From a virus (lineage: Duplodnaviria > Caudoviricetes), in IMG/VR virus record IMGVR_UViG_3300033121_002140, positions 17,962 through 81,961 of that record: a stretch of 64,000 nt of DNA; one strand, written 5' to 3'. The position numbers and the translations under genes were made by a program. The stretch's first letter is position 1. Every line of letters begins with the position of its first letter. The notes under the pieces were generated by a model that was given only the letters and a program-made list of their open reading frames with translations, searched no databases and was not told the origin of the DNA. Positions 44,494 to 52,933 of the stretch are shown here, piece after piece.

Positions 44494-44880
44494 TCAGTCC
44501 AGATCCTGCAGCGCCTGCCGCATCGCGGTGACCACCGCTGAGTACAGCCCATCCTTCGCCTTCTGCGCAGGCGGGAGGTCGTCGTACCCCACCAGGCACG
44601 GATGCGTCTTCTTCTCGCCGTCCTTCACGGGACCGTGCGTCCAGCCGTCGCGCTGTTTCGCCGCCTTCCAGGCCTCGTACGCCGCCTTCCAGGCCTCGTA
44701 CAGCTGCCTCGGGCTCGCGCCCTGCAGTGTCACTGCGACGCTCTCGATCGAGGCCTCCCTCTGCCACTCAGGAGCCTGCTCCCAGTGTCCCTGGGAGGGA
44801 TCACCCGTCATGTCGCAAAAGACCTTGTTGACCTCGTGCGCCGCGGCGGCGCACGCTTCCTTGACCTTGTCGCTCGTCAT
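44494..44880 (-). CDS. RyR-domain phage protein
   Basis: AAAAHEVN, WEQAPEWQREAS, GWTHGPVKDGEKKTHPCLVGYDDLP..QKAKD. Confidence 0.85.
   Translation of the reverse strand: MTSDKVKEACAAAAHEVNKVFCDMTGDPSQGHWEQAPEWQREASIESVAVTLQGASPRQLYEAWKAAYEAWKAAKQRDGWTHGPVKDGEKKTHPCLVGYDDLPPAQKAKDGLYSAVVTAMRQALQDLD
44660..44701. repeat. Perfect 21-bp tandem duplication (in frame, YEAWKAA x2)
   Basis: gccgccttccaggcctcgtac repeated twice. Confidence 0.9.
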
Positions 44881-44896
44881 CGTCCGTCTCCTCTTC

Positions 44897-45103
44897 TCAG
44901 TTCACTTCGCTCTCCAGCTTTCGGAGCCTGACCTGGAGGCGGCGCATGTCGATCGACAGCTCTAGGATCTCCTGGAGGTGGTCCTCCTGCCACACTTCCC
45001 TGGCCCGATGCCGTGCCATGATGGCGGCGTCGAGATCGTCCATCCCCTCCAGCACCTTCGTGATCGAGGGACGCAGGTGCTGCTCCTCGGGCGTGTAGCT
45101 CAC
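44897..45103 (-). CDS. Small hypothetical protein
   Basis: GTGA coupling to decarboxylase stop. Confidence 0.5.
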   Translation of the reverse strand: MSYTPEEQHLRPSITKVLEGMDDLDAAIMARHRAREVWQEDHLQEILELSIDMRRLQVRLRKLESEVN

Positions 45104-46104
45104 AGGCTCAGCTCCTTTCCGAAATGCTCGATCGTCGACCGCAGCCCATCCTCGAGCGTGATCTTCGGCTCCCAGCCCAGCATCGCCTGTGCCCTGTGGA
45201 TCGAGGGTCGTCTCCTGCATGGGTCATCCACGGGCAGCGGCCTGCGCTCCACGTGGAGCGGCCAATCGCCCGTTGCCCGTGACCTCCCGACCATGGTCAG
45301 AATTGTCGACGCAAGGTCGTTGATGGTCACCTCATGCGGGTTTCCGAAGTTCATGGGTCGCCCGGCCCAGGGACCAGGCGCGGTGGTGCCCAGGGCGACC
45401 AGGCCACGCACCATGTCGTCCACATGGCACAGGCTGCGGGTCTGCAGGCCCGTGCCGTACACGGTCAGGCGCTCGCCTCGCAGTGCCTGCACGACGAAGT
45501 TGGAGACGACCCGGCCGTCATCAGGCCGCATCCTGGGCCCGTATGTGTTGAAGATCCGGGCCACCCGCACGTCCACGCCGTGACAACGCCGGTAGTCGTG
45601 ACACAAGGCCTCGGCCGCGCGCTTGCCCTCGTCATAGCATGCCCGGGGCCCGTACGGCTCCACGTTGCCTCTGTAGCTCTCCAGCTGCGGGTGCTCGAGA
45701 GGATCGCCGTAGACCTCGGAGGTGCTGGCCTGCACCATGACGGCCCCGTTGAGCCGAGCCAGGTCGAGCGCGTTCTGCGAGCCCACCACACACGTCAGCA
45801 GGGTGCCCACCGGATCACGTTGGTACGCGGGCGGGCTCGCAGGACAGGCCAGGTTCCACACGTGCGTCAGGCCACCGCCCTTGACAGAGAGGAAGTGGGC
45901 CCCGTTCCAGCCCAGGTCCTTGGGCACGCGCACGTCACCTGCCATGAAGAAGAACCTGCCCGCGTGCGGACCCGGCTCCAGGTTCTTGGTCCGACCGGTC
46001 GACAGGTCGTCGATCACGAGCACGGAGTCACCCCGCGCCAACAGGGCATCGCACAGGTGCGAGCCGATGAAGCCCGCGCCGCCCAGGACGCAGTGTCTCA
46101 GCAT
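45100..46104 (-). CDS. UDP-glucuronate decarboxylase (UDP-xylose synthase, UXS-like)
   Basis: LGGAGFIGSHL, NLACPASPPAYQRDP, ASTSEVYGDPLEHPQLESYRGNV, RACYDEGKR, RIFNTYGPRM...DGRVVSNF. Confidence 0.93.
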   Translation of the reverse strand: MLRHCVLGGAGFIGSHLCDALLARGDSVLVIDDLSTGRTKNLEPGPHAGRFFFMAGDVRVPKDLGWNGAHFLSVKGGGLTHVWNLACPASPPAYQRDPVGTLLTCVVGSQNALDLARLNGAVMVQASTSEVYGDPLEHPQLESYRGNVEPYGPRACYDEGKRAAEALCHDYRRCHGVDVRVARIFNTYGPRMRPDDGRVVSNFVVQALRGERLTVYGTGLQTRSLCHVDDMVRGLVALGTTAPGPWAGRPMNFGNPHEVTINDLASTILTMVGRSRATGDWPLHVERRPLPVDDPCRRRPSIHRAQAMLGWEPKITLEDGLRSTIEHFGKELSL

Positions 46105-46110
46105 GCGACC

Positions 46111-46139
46111 AGGGTAGCTCACCCGGCACCCGTTGTGCA
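46111..46139 (-). promoter_or_regulatory. sigma70-type promoter, leaderless
   Basis: TGCACA-N17-TACCCT-N6-ATG. Confidence 0.55.
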
Positions 46140-47375
46140 TGCGCCGGATCCGAGCAGTGCCATCACCCGCGCGCGTTCCTGCTCGAAGACGGGCGCAGGC
46201 TCGCAGTGCCAGGCGTGCCTGACGGAACCGTTGGGACCGGGCCTGGGCCTGCGTGTCACCCAGCGGCCCTGTCGACGACCCGGTTCGACCCGATCCCAGT
46301 CATAGCCGCCCTCGGCGCCCTGCAGGGCCATCAGCTCCCTGACGTCCGGGCTGGCGTCCTTCCAGACGCGACCGATCATGGCCTTGACCTCCTCGGTCGA
46401 CTTGCCGTGGAGCTCCCGGTGGGAGAACAGGGCCTGACCCGCGGCCGACACCGCGTTGCGCATCGCATCGCGCTGGCGCCACACCAGGCAGTTGAAGGCC
46501 TCGTCCGCGCAGGGCAGGCTGAAGGCCCGACCGTCGAAGCTGGCAAGCTTCGCTCGGCCGTCGAAGCACCAACCCGACATCGTGCTCACGGTCGCCGCCG
46601 CGGCCGAGGCGGAGACGCTGACCACCTTCTGCAATGCTCCTCCGAACCAGGGCTCGGCCGCGGCGGTCGACCGCGCGGGCACCAGCACCGTGACCTCGTC
46701 CGACTGGACGTAGGCCAGGGCCGCGTCCTGCACGGTCTCAGCCAGGTTCTCGGCCGCACTGTCCATGATCGCGATGAACCTGTTGTCGAAGGGCCTGTCC
46801 AGGCCGCGGGTCCACGTGTGGAACGCCTTACCGTCGACACGAACAGCGTAGGGCAGGTCCGGGTCCAGCGCGGGCCCCTGGCGCTCCTCGTAGGCCTTCA
46901 TGCGGTCATGCAGCGAGGGCCGCCGCAGCTCCAGCACCCGGAGACGCATGGTGCCCCCGTCACGGGTCGCCAGCGACTCTGTCGAGCCCGTCTCGACGAA
47001 GCCCGCCTGCCGCAGCACCGCGTGTCCACCGGTCGAAAAGGCGCGGGCGCGGCACAGCTTGGTGCCCGCGCCCCAGGCCTGGCCCAAAAACCGCCACGTG
47101 AGCTCGCCTGCCAAGCCTTGGCCACGAAGCTCAGGTGCCACCTCGATCGAGTACAGCTCCAGGACGCCCTCGTCCAATTCCTTGGCGTAGGCCGCGCCCA
47201 GGATCCGGCCATCCGATGGCCGGACCGCGACGACCGAGCGGGGCAAAGCCAGGGCCATCACGACAGCGTCATCGTCAAGCACCTCGGGCGGGTAGCACTC
47301 CGCCTGGAGCGCGTTCAGACCCCGCACGTCGTCCTGGCTGGGGGGTCTAAACCTCAGGTCACTGCGTCTCTTCAT
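46119..47375 (-). CDS. GNAT acetyltransferase fused to Thg1-family tRNA(His) guanylyltransferase
   Basis: GNAT motif A IEVAPELRGQGLA; Thg1 DRMKAYE, RVDGKAFH, YVQSDE, WFGG..QK..S, FDGR, WRQRDA.RN. Confidence 0.9.
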   Translation of the reverse strand: MKRRSDLRFRPPSQDDVRGLNALQAECYPPEVLDDDAVVMALALPRSVVAVRPSDGRILGAAYAKELDEGVLELYSIEVAPELRGQGLAGELTWRFLGQAWGAGTKLCRARAFSTGGHAVLRQAGFVETGSTESLATRDGGTMRLRVLELRRPSLHDRMKAYEERQGPALDPDLPYAVRVDGKAFHTWTRGLDRPFDNRFIAIMDSAAENLAETVQDAALAYVQSDEVTVLVPARSTAAAEPWFGGALQKVVSVSASAAAATVSTMSGWCFDGRAKLASFDGRAFSLPCADEAFNCLVWRQRDAMRNAVSAAGQALFSHRELHGKSTEEVKAMIGRVWKDASPDVRELMALQGAEGGYDWDRVEPGRRQGRWVTRRPRPGPNGSVRHAWHCEPAPVFEQERARVMALLGSGACTTGAG

Positions 47376-47391
47376 CCGTCGACTGTACGCG

Positions 47392-48138
47392 TCAGGCTGC
47401 GGGTGTGCACCCGGCGACCAGCTGCTCCCAGCGGTCGGAGACCAGCCGCGCGTACAGGCATGAGTGCAGGCCGTAGCAGCCCAGGGCGAAGCCATCGTTG
47501 CCCTCGACCAGCAGAGTCCGTCCGTCGTCGGTCACGCCGAAGTCGAGGGCGTAACCCTCGGGCCCGCGCCAGGCCCGGACCGCGGCCGCCACCACCTCGG
47601 AATCGGGAAAGACGAGGCAGTCGCCTGCGTAATGTCTCAAGCCCACGGGCGCGCCCTGGTGCACGAAGCACCTGTACTCGGAGACGAAGCACACGGGCTC
47701 CGAGCACAGCACCTCGAACTCGTCATCGAGGCTCGCGGTCACGATCAGGTCGGCGCACTTGCCGCTTGTCACGTGCCCGGTGAACGCCTTCTGGGCGCGC
47801 AGGGGCTTCACGAAGACGTGGTCGTCCGAGTCCAGACGCCGGCGCACCTCCCGCATCGTGGTCGCCCAGACGCGACGCCCGTAGAAGGGCAGCAGCTCCA
47901 CCGGTGGCATGCCACCGAAGGCGTCGGGCTGGCCAGCGCCCAGTCGCTCCAGGGCGCGACGCACGCAGCCGATGCCGCCGTGCACCAGGATGGCAGGCGT
48001 GAGCTCCAGGTCGGGCAGCTGTTCGGGCACGAAGCCCCTGACCTCGGTCCCGAACAGCCTGAGCCCCTGGACCAGCGCGAAGGAGCTCTCGTTGAGCCAA
48101 TCGTCATCCTTGCGCTGCACGTATGCAAGATCGATCAT
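47392..48138 (-). CDS. ATP-grasp protein (DUF4343/R2K-like)
   Basis: VFVKP, SEYRCFV, YALDFGV, LVEGND. Confidence 0.8.
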   Translation of the reverse strand: MIDLAYVQRKDDDWLNESSFALVQGLRLFGTEVRGFVPEQLPDLELTPAILVHGGIGCVRRALERLGAGQPDAFGGMPPVELLPFYGRRVWATTMREVRRRLDSDDHVFVKPLRAQKAFTGHVTSGKCADLIVTASLDDEFEVLCSEPVCFVSEYRCFVHQGAPVGLRHYAGDCLVFPDSEVVAAAVRAWRGPEGYALDFGVTDDGRTLLVEGNDGFALGCYGLHSCLYARLVSDRWEQLVAGCTPAA

Positions 48139-48147
48139 GTGCCATCC

Positions 48148-48450
48148 TCACGTGGCCCAAGCAGGCCATTCACTGATAGGAGGCGGAGTCTCATCGCGAT
48201 GTCTCCTCTCGTCACAGTCGTCGTGCAGGCCTGCGGCGCAGGCCGCGCAGGACCAGGCTGAGCTCGCGTGCACCTTCACGAAGCGCCACACGTGGTCCGG
48301 GGGTGGACTCCTGTAGGGATCACTGGGCAGCCGCCCGGACGCATGCGTCCGTTCCTTGCGACCCTCCAGCCATCGAAAGAACAGCACGCCCGCTGGAAAG
48401 ATCAGAATGAGCAGCGGCACCAGGCAGGGAACGACGTTCGCGTCCATCAC
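48148..48450 (-). CDS. Small membrane protein
   Basis: N-terminal hydrophobic helix. Confidence 0.5.
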   Translation of the reverse strand: MMDANVVPCLVPLLILIFPAGVLFFRWLEGRKERTHASGRLPSDPYRSPPPDHVWRFVKVHASSAWSCAACAAGLHDDCDERRHRDETPPPISEWPAWAT

Positions 48451-48451
48451 G

Positions 48452-51400
48452 TCACCCTAAGTTCCTCAGCTGCGAGATCCGGGTCGACATGCCGAAGTCG
48501 TTGCGCTCCACCTCGGCCAGATAGGGCGCGTTGCGCTCCAGCGTCACGTCGGGTCCGGCACCCCACACGTTGATCCGATGGGTCGTGCCCGAGGCACCCA
48601 CGGCGAACAGCATCTGGTACGGCCTGCCGTTCTTCTTCGTGACCAGGTGCTTCGAGTCCTGCAGCACGAACCACGCGATCCGCTTCTGGCCCTGGACCAG
48701 TTCGTCCACGCTGGGCACGCCCCGGGCCGCGAGCCGCGCCTGGACCTCGGGCTCCAGGATGAAGTCGACGTTGACGTCACCCACGAGGTCCCGATGGAAC
48801 GCGGCACGTTCCAGGTTGCTCCACTCCGACGTCACCTCGTCGTCGTCCAGGTGCAGGGCCAGGCCTTTCAGGGCGTGCCTGCCGTCCTTCTTTCTGAGCC
48901 TCTCCGCGTTCTCGACCAGCACGAAATGCATGTGGCGCCAGGACCTGAACCGGGTCCGGCCGGGAGGCTCGCCCTCGGGCGCGGGCCCGATGATCCCCAT
49001 GGACTCGAAGGCGCCCACCTTGATCAGGCCCTCCAGGGCCTTCTTGTTGAACTTGGAATGGCGCCAGGCGCCATCGGCGTCCCAGCACAGGTCCTCGACA
49101 TCCCGGTAGGGCCTGTTGACCGTGATCTCGTCCACCGCGCTCTGACCCAGTCCCTTGACGCTGAGAAGGGGTGGGATGAAGGTGCGCCCATCTGGGCCGA
49201 TGACCCAGCGGTCGGTGGAGTAGTTGACGTCCACCTTGCCGATGCCATAGCCGAAGGACCGCACTGTCGCAATCGCGGCGCCGCGTGAGTCCGCGTTGCC
49301 CATCTGCGACTCCATGTAGGAGCACAGCCACTCGGCTTCGTGGTAGGTCTCGAGGTAGGCGCACATGAAGGAGTCGATCGCGTACGAATACGAGTGAGAA
49401 GCATTGAAAGCGTACGAGGCGAAGCCCGCGAGAACCTCGAACAGGGCCTGCGCCTTCTCCAGGGCAAGGCCGTTGCGCACGGCACCCTCGATGAAGGTCT
49501 CCTCGAGCACAACGATCTCGCCCTTGTTCTTGGCGTTGCCTGAGACGCTGCGCTTCACGATCGCCTTGCGCAGCCTGTCGCAGTCGACCATCGACATGCC
49601 CGCCAGCTTGTTGCCGAGCGCCATCAGCTGTTCCTGAAACACGACAGTGCCGTGCGTAAAACCCAACACCTCCTTGATGGCAGGATGGTCATACACGACG
49701 CTGCCTGGGTCCTTCTTGGCCTTCAGGTATTGGGCGTCGAACTTCGCGGCAAGCGGTCCAGGCCTATACAACGCTGTTGCCACCGCGATGTCGTCCAGGG
49801 ACCTGGGCTCGAACTGCCTGATGAAGCGCTGGGCGCCGGGGGACGTGAACTGAAAGATGCCTGCCCAACGCCCGGCGTGGTACACATGCTCGTACACGCG
49901 CTGGTCTGTGAAGTCGATGCGGTCAGGGTGCAGGTGCGCGTCGTACCACGACTTCGTCTCGGCCCAGGTGGGATGCTGCCCGGTCTGCCTGAACAGGATG
50001 AGCTCGATGCAGCGCCTGATGATGCGCAGGGTGTCGAGCCCCAGCAGGTCGAACTTGACGAAGCCATAGTCGCCCAGGTGCTTGTAGTTGAGCCCCTCGA
50101 CCCAGGGGGTCTGCGGCCCGTTCTTGGTGGCGATGACAGGCATCTTGCCGTCGATGTCGTCCGCGATGATGACGCCCGACGCATGGCAGCCCAGGGCCTT
50201 GTTCTGCTTGTACAGCACCTTGATGCGACCTGCCACCTCCGGGTACTTGGCCATGAAGTCCCTGAAGCGCTGCGAGTGCTGCATGCAGTCGTCGTACCGC
50301 AGCTCGAACAGGGACTTGTTCTCGCCCGCGTCGATGACGTGCGGCTTGACTTCGGCCTCGACCACGCTGGTCAGCGCGTTCACCTCGTCGAACGGGATGC
50401 CGTACAGCCGACCCATGTCCTTGAGCAGGGACTTGAGCTTGAAGGTGTTGAAATTGGTGATGGGCAGCACCGAATCACGCCCGAAGCGCTCGCGCAGGTC
50501 GGCGACCAGCCGGTCGCAGTCCTCGAAGTCGCTGTCGATGTCAGGCATCTCGGCCCGAGCCGGGTTCAGGAAGCGCTCGAAGTAGAGCCCGCCTGGTGGA
50601 CCGAACCTGATCGGATCCACAGACGTGATGCCCAGCACGTAGTTGATGAGCGATCCGGCCGCTGACCCACGTCCGCAGCCGATGAGCTGCGTCCTTTCGG
50701 CGATCTCCGTGATGATGCGCTGGGTCACGAAGTAGAGCGAGAAGTCCTTGCCCTTTTCCTTGTGGATCTGCCGCAGCACCGAGAGCTCGTACTTGAGGCG
50801 CTGCACGTAGGCGGGCCTCATGTGGAGGCCCATGCGCACCATGCCGTCCTTGCACATCTCCACCAGCATCTGCATGGGCGTGCGGCCCGGCTGCACCAGG
50901 CTCTCGGGCAGCTTGATGCCCACGTCGGGCTCCACGTCGCCCACCATGTCGTGGGCGATGTTCCAGGTGCCCTCGATCGCCGCGCGCACGAGAGCGTCGT
51001 CGTAGAAGCCCCAGCCCGCGCAGTGCTTCCGGTACGCGTCCCACATCTGGCCCGCGTTCTTCGGGTACAGCTCGCACTTGAGCTGCTCGGGCGACCTGGG
51101 CAGCACGGACGGGTCGATCTGGTCGTAGTTGAGCCGGCCCAGCATCTTGTAGATCTCACGCTCGGCCCAGAACTCAGGACGACAGTAGTGGGAGTCGGCA
51201 GCCGCCGACAGCCGCACCCCGTGCCGCTTGTGCATCTCGAGCAGGACCCTGTTGACCAGGTGCTGCTGCGGCAGCGCGTTGAACTGGAGCTCGGCGAAGA
51301 CGCGTCCCGGGCCCACCGCGTCCGCGAGCTGGTCGTACGTGTTCATGGCCCGGGCCAGGGCGGGGCCCATCCGGGCCTCGTCCTTGAGCACGGCCGCGGT

Positions 51401-52045
51401 CAGGTCCGGGCCCTGCACGTCCCTGAGCTCGTGCATCACGTCGTACGCGAGCGGGCCGCCGATGCAGGCAGACGTCACCAGCACGTCCTCGCCGTGCTGC
51501 TTCAGCATGGCCCGGTCGATCCTGGGAAACCTGTAGAACCCCTCCTTGAAGGACCTACTCACCATCCTGAAGATGTTCTCGAGCCCCCGACGGGAGGTGG
51601 GGAGCAGGACCAGGTGGTGCCGGCGCTTGACCGGGTCGAACCACTTGCTGGCGTCCTTGGACTCGTCCTCGTTCTCGAGCGTGACGTTCAGGTCCTCGCC
51701 CTCGTCCGCCTTGGCCGCCTTCTTCTTCGCGGCAGCTCGGTCCGCCTTGGCCTGCTCGTGGTGCCGCCGCCACTCCGCGAGGTCGGGGTGGTAGTAGGCC
51801 TCGACGCCACCGATGAACTTGAACTTCCTGCCCTTCTTGTTGAGCTCTTTGGCGTACGAGTGACCGTGACAGTAACCGTTCATGTTTCCGTGGTCAGTCA
51901 ACGACCACGCGTCCATGCCGTTCTCGAGCACGAAGTCGATGTGTTCTTGCGGTAGGCCTAAACCATCGCCCACGCTGAAGTGCGAATGGCCGTGGGTCCC
52001 CACGAACTGCCTGGGCGGAAGCACTTCTTCGATCACAGGGTTCAT
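48452..52045 (-). CDS. dnaE: DNA polymerase III alpha subunit (family C)
   Basis: PHP HGHSHFS.GDG, TDHG, GVEAY; GCGRGSAAGSL, PDIDSD, KFDLLGL, YAFNASHS; true start may be GTG 52036. Confidence 0.97.
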   Translation of the reverse strand: MNPVIEEVLPPRQFVGTHGHSHFSVGDGLGLPQEHIDFVLENGMDAWSLTDHGNMNGYCHGHSYAKELNKKGRKFKFIGGVEAYYHPDLAEWRRHHEQAKADRAAAKKKAAKADEGEDLNVTLENEDESKDASKWFDPVKRRHHLVLLPTSRRGLENIFRMVSRSFKEGFYRFPRIDRAMLKQHGEDVLVTSACIGGPLAYDVMHELRDVQGPDLTAAVLKDEARMGPALARAMNTYDQLADAVGPGRVFAELQFNALPQQHLVNRVLLEMHKRHGVRLSAAADSHYCRPEFWAEREIYKMLGRLNYDQIDPSVLPRSPEQLKCELYPKNAGQMWDAYRKHCAGWGFYDDALVRAAIEGTWNIAHDMVGDVEPDVGIKLPESLVQPGRTPMQMLVEMCKDGMVRMGLHMRPAYVQRLKYELSVLRQIHKEKGKDFSLYFVTQRIITEIAERTQLIGCGRGSAAGSLINYVLGITSVDPIRFGPPGGLYFERFLNPARAEMPDIDSDFEDCDRLVADLRERFGRDSVLPITNFNTFKLKSLLKDMGRLYGIPFDEVNALTSVVEAEVKPHVIDAGENKSLFELRYDDCMQHSQRFRDFMAKYPEVAGRIKVLYKQNKALGCHASGVIIADDIDGKMPVIATKNGPQTPWVEGLNYKHLGDYGFVKFDLLGLDTLRIIRRCIELILFRQTGQHPTWAETKSWYDAHLHPDRIDFTDQRVYEHVYHAGRWAGIFQFTSPGAQRFIRQFEPRSLDDIAVATALYRPGPLAAKFDAQYLKAKKDPGSVVYDHPAIKEVLGFTHGTVVFQEQLMALGNKLAGMSMVDCDRLRKAIVKRSVSGNAKNKGEIVVLEETFIEGAVRNGLALEKAQALFEVLAGFASYAFNASHSYSYAIDSFMCAYLETYHEAEWLCSYMESQMGNADSRGAAIATVRSFGYGIGKVDVNYSTDRWVIGPDGRTFIPPLLSVKGLGQSAVDEITVNRPYRDVEDLCWDADGAWRHSKFNKKALEGLIKVGAFESMGIIGPAPEGEPPGRTRFRSWRHMHFVLVENAERLRKKDGRHALKGLALHLDDDEVTSEWSNLERAAFHRDLVGDVNVDFILEPEVQARLAARGVPSVDELVQGQKRIAWFVLQDSKHLVTKKNGRPYQMLFAVGASGTTHRINVWGAGPDVTLERNAPYLAEVERNDFGMSTRISQLRNLG

Positions 52046-52269
52046 ACTAGCTCTGGTGCAGCAGGAGGTTCAGGCATGCCGTGCTTGGCCTCGTTCTCAT
52101 CGTCCGACAGGTAGCCCCAGTAGAGATGCTGTATGACAGTGCTGCCTACCATCAGCACGAGCCAGGCCCGGTCACCCAGGATGCCCTGGCGCTCTGCCAG
52201 CACGAGGCACTGGCGCTGGCAGCTCTCGGACTCGAGCAAGCGTCGCACGTCACCCGGTGAGATCGGCAC
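52042..52269 (-). CDS. Small SH3/KOW-like hypothetical protein
   Basis: ISPGDVRR...CLVLAE...AWLVL. Confidence 0.6.
   Translation of the reverse strand: MPISPGDVRRLLESESCQRQCLVLAERQGILGDRAWLVLMVGSTVIQHLYWGYLSDDENEAKHGMPEPPAAPELV
52044..52072 (-). promoter_or_regulatory. sigma70-type promoter of dnaE
   Basis: TGAACC-N17-TAGTAT-N7-GTG; implies a leaderless GTG start at 52036. Confidence 0.5.
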
Positions 52270-52270
52270 G

Positions 52271-52483
52271 TCACACCTCTTTGGCTAAGCGCTCGTCCTC
52301 GCGCAGGAGGTAACATGCGTGGAGCTGCAGCGTGGTCCCCAGGGCAGGCCAGACCGCGGCCGCCAACAGCACCCACCACGCCGTCGACGCGGTGGGGGAT
52401 CGAGCCAACACGAGGCACGGGACCCCATCAAAGCACGGCTCGGTAGGGCACACGATCCGCCTGACGTCGCCCGGAACGATCAT
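52271..52483 (-). CDS. Small SH3/KOW-like hypothetical protein
   Basis: IVPGDVRR...CLVLAR...AWWVL. Confidence 0.6.
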   Translation of the reverse strand: MIVPGDVRRIVCPTEPCFDGVPCLVLARSPTASTAWWVLLAAAVWPALGTTLQLHACYLLREDERLAKEV

Positions 52484-52682
52484 GCCAATCTCCTGTCGTT
52501 TTCGTCCACGACCTCGTGCACGAGTGTGCAGAGGTCAGGCAGCAGCAGCATGCACAGCCAACCTGTGGAGGTCTGGTAGCAGACGGCGGCGACCATGCAT
52601 CGCCGCCTGCCAACTCGCATCGTGAGGGACGTGGGGGCACCCACATCACTTCCCACACTTCGCCCGGTCGCGGCGTGGTCAT
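52480..52682 (-). pseudogene. Frameshifted small SH3-like gene (one base short)
   Basis: ATG 52682 gives RPGEVWEV; the -1 frame gives RCMVAAV...GWLCMLL...DENDRRLA* ending in an ATGA overlap at 52480; span 203 nt = 3n+2. Confidence 0.65.
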
Positions 52683-52933
52683 GCCAACCTCCCGCGTGAG
52701 AAGTCGAACATGGATGACAGCACGCCGTCGACCGACCCGCTGGGCGTCAGAAGCCTGCAGCGTCGGACGTCGTTGCCATCAGGATCAGATCTGTCGTCCT
52801 GCGCGCTCACAGTCAGGACCAGGCACGGCATGGGCAGGAGGAAGGGGGATCGACCGTCGTTGCACCACAGGTGCACGATCCAGACCGATCCAGGCGTGGG
52901 TAATTTCCTGCACGAACTCATCATGGCAGCCAC
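52679..52933 (-). CDS. Small SH3/KOW-like hypothetical protein
   Basis: PTPGSVWIV...PCLVLTV...CRLLTPSG. Confidence 0.6.
   Translation of the reverse strand: MAAMMSSCRKLPTPGSVWIVHLWCNDGRSPFLLPMPCLVLTVSAQDDRSDPDGNDVRRCRLLTPSGSVDGVLSSMFDFSRGRLA

Noticed and set aside
37719-46104. Bacterial LPS/capsule locus or host chromosome
   Set aside because: No wzx/wzy, transporters or housekeeping operons; the sugar genes are interspersed with phage-type genes, homing endonucleases and phage promoters
48452-52045. Intein or intron in dnaE
   Set aside because: Continuous 1197-aa ORF of normal DnaE size, with no C...HN splice motifs or LAGLIDADG insert noticed
52044-52051. Late heptamer upstream of dnaE (AGAGCTA)
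   Set aside because: Mismatch at a conserved position; better explained by a sigma70-type -10 (TAGTAT) with a matching -35
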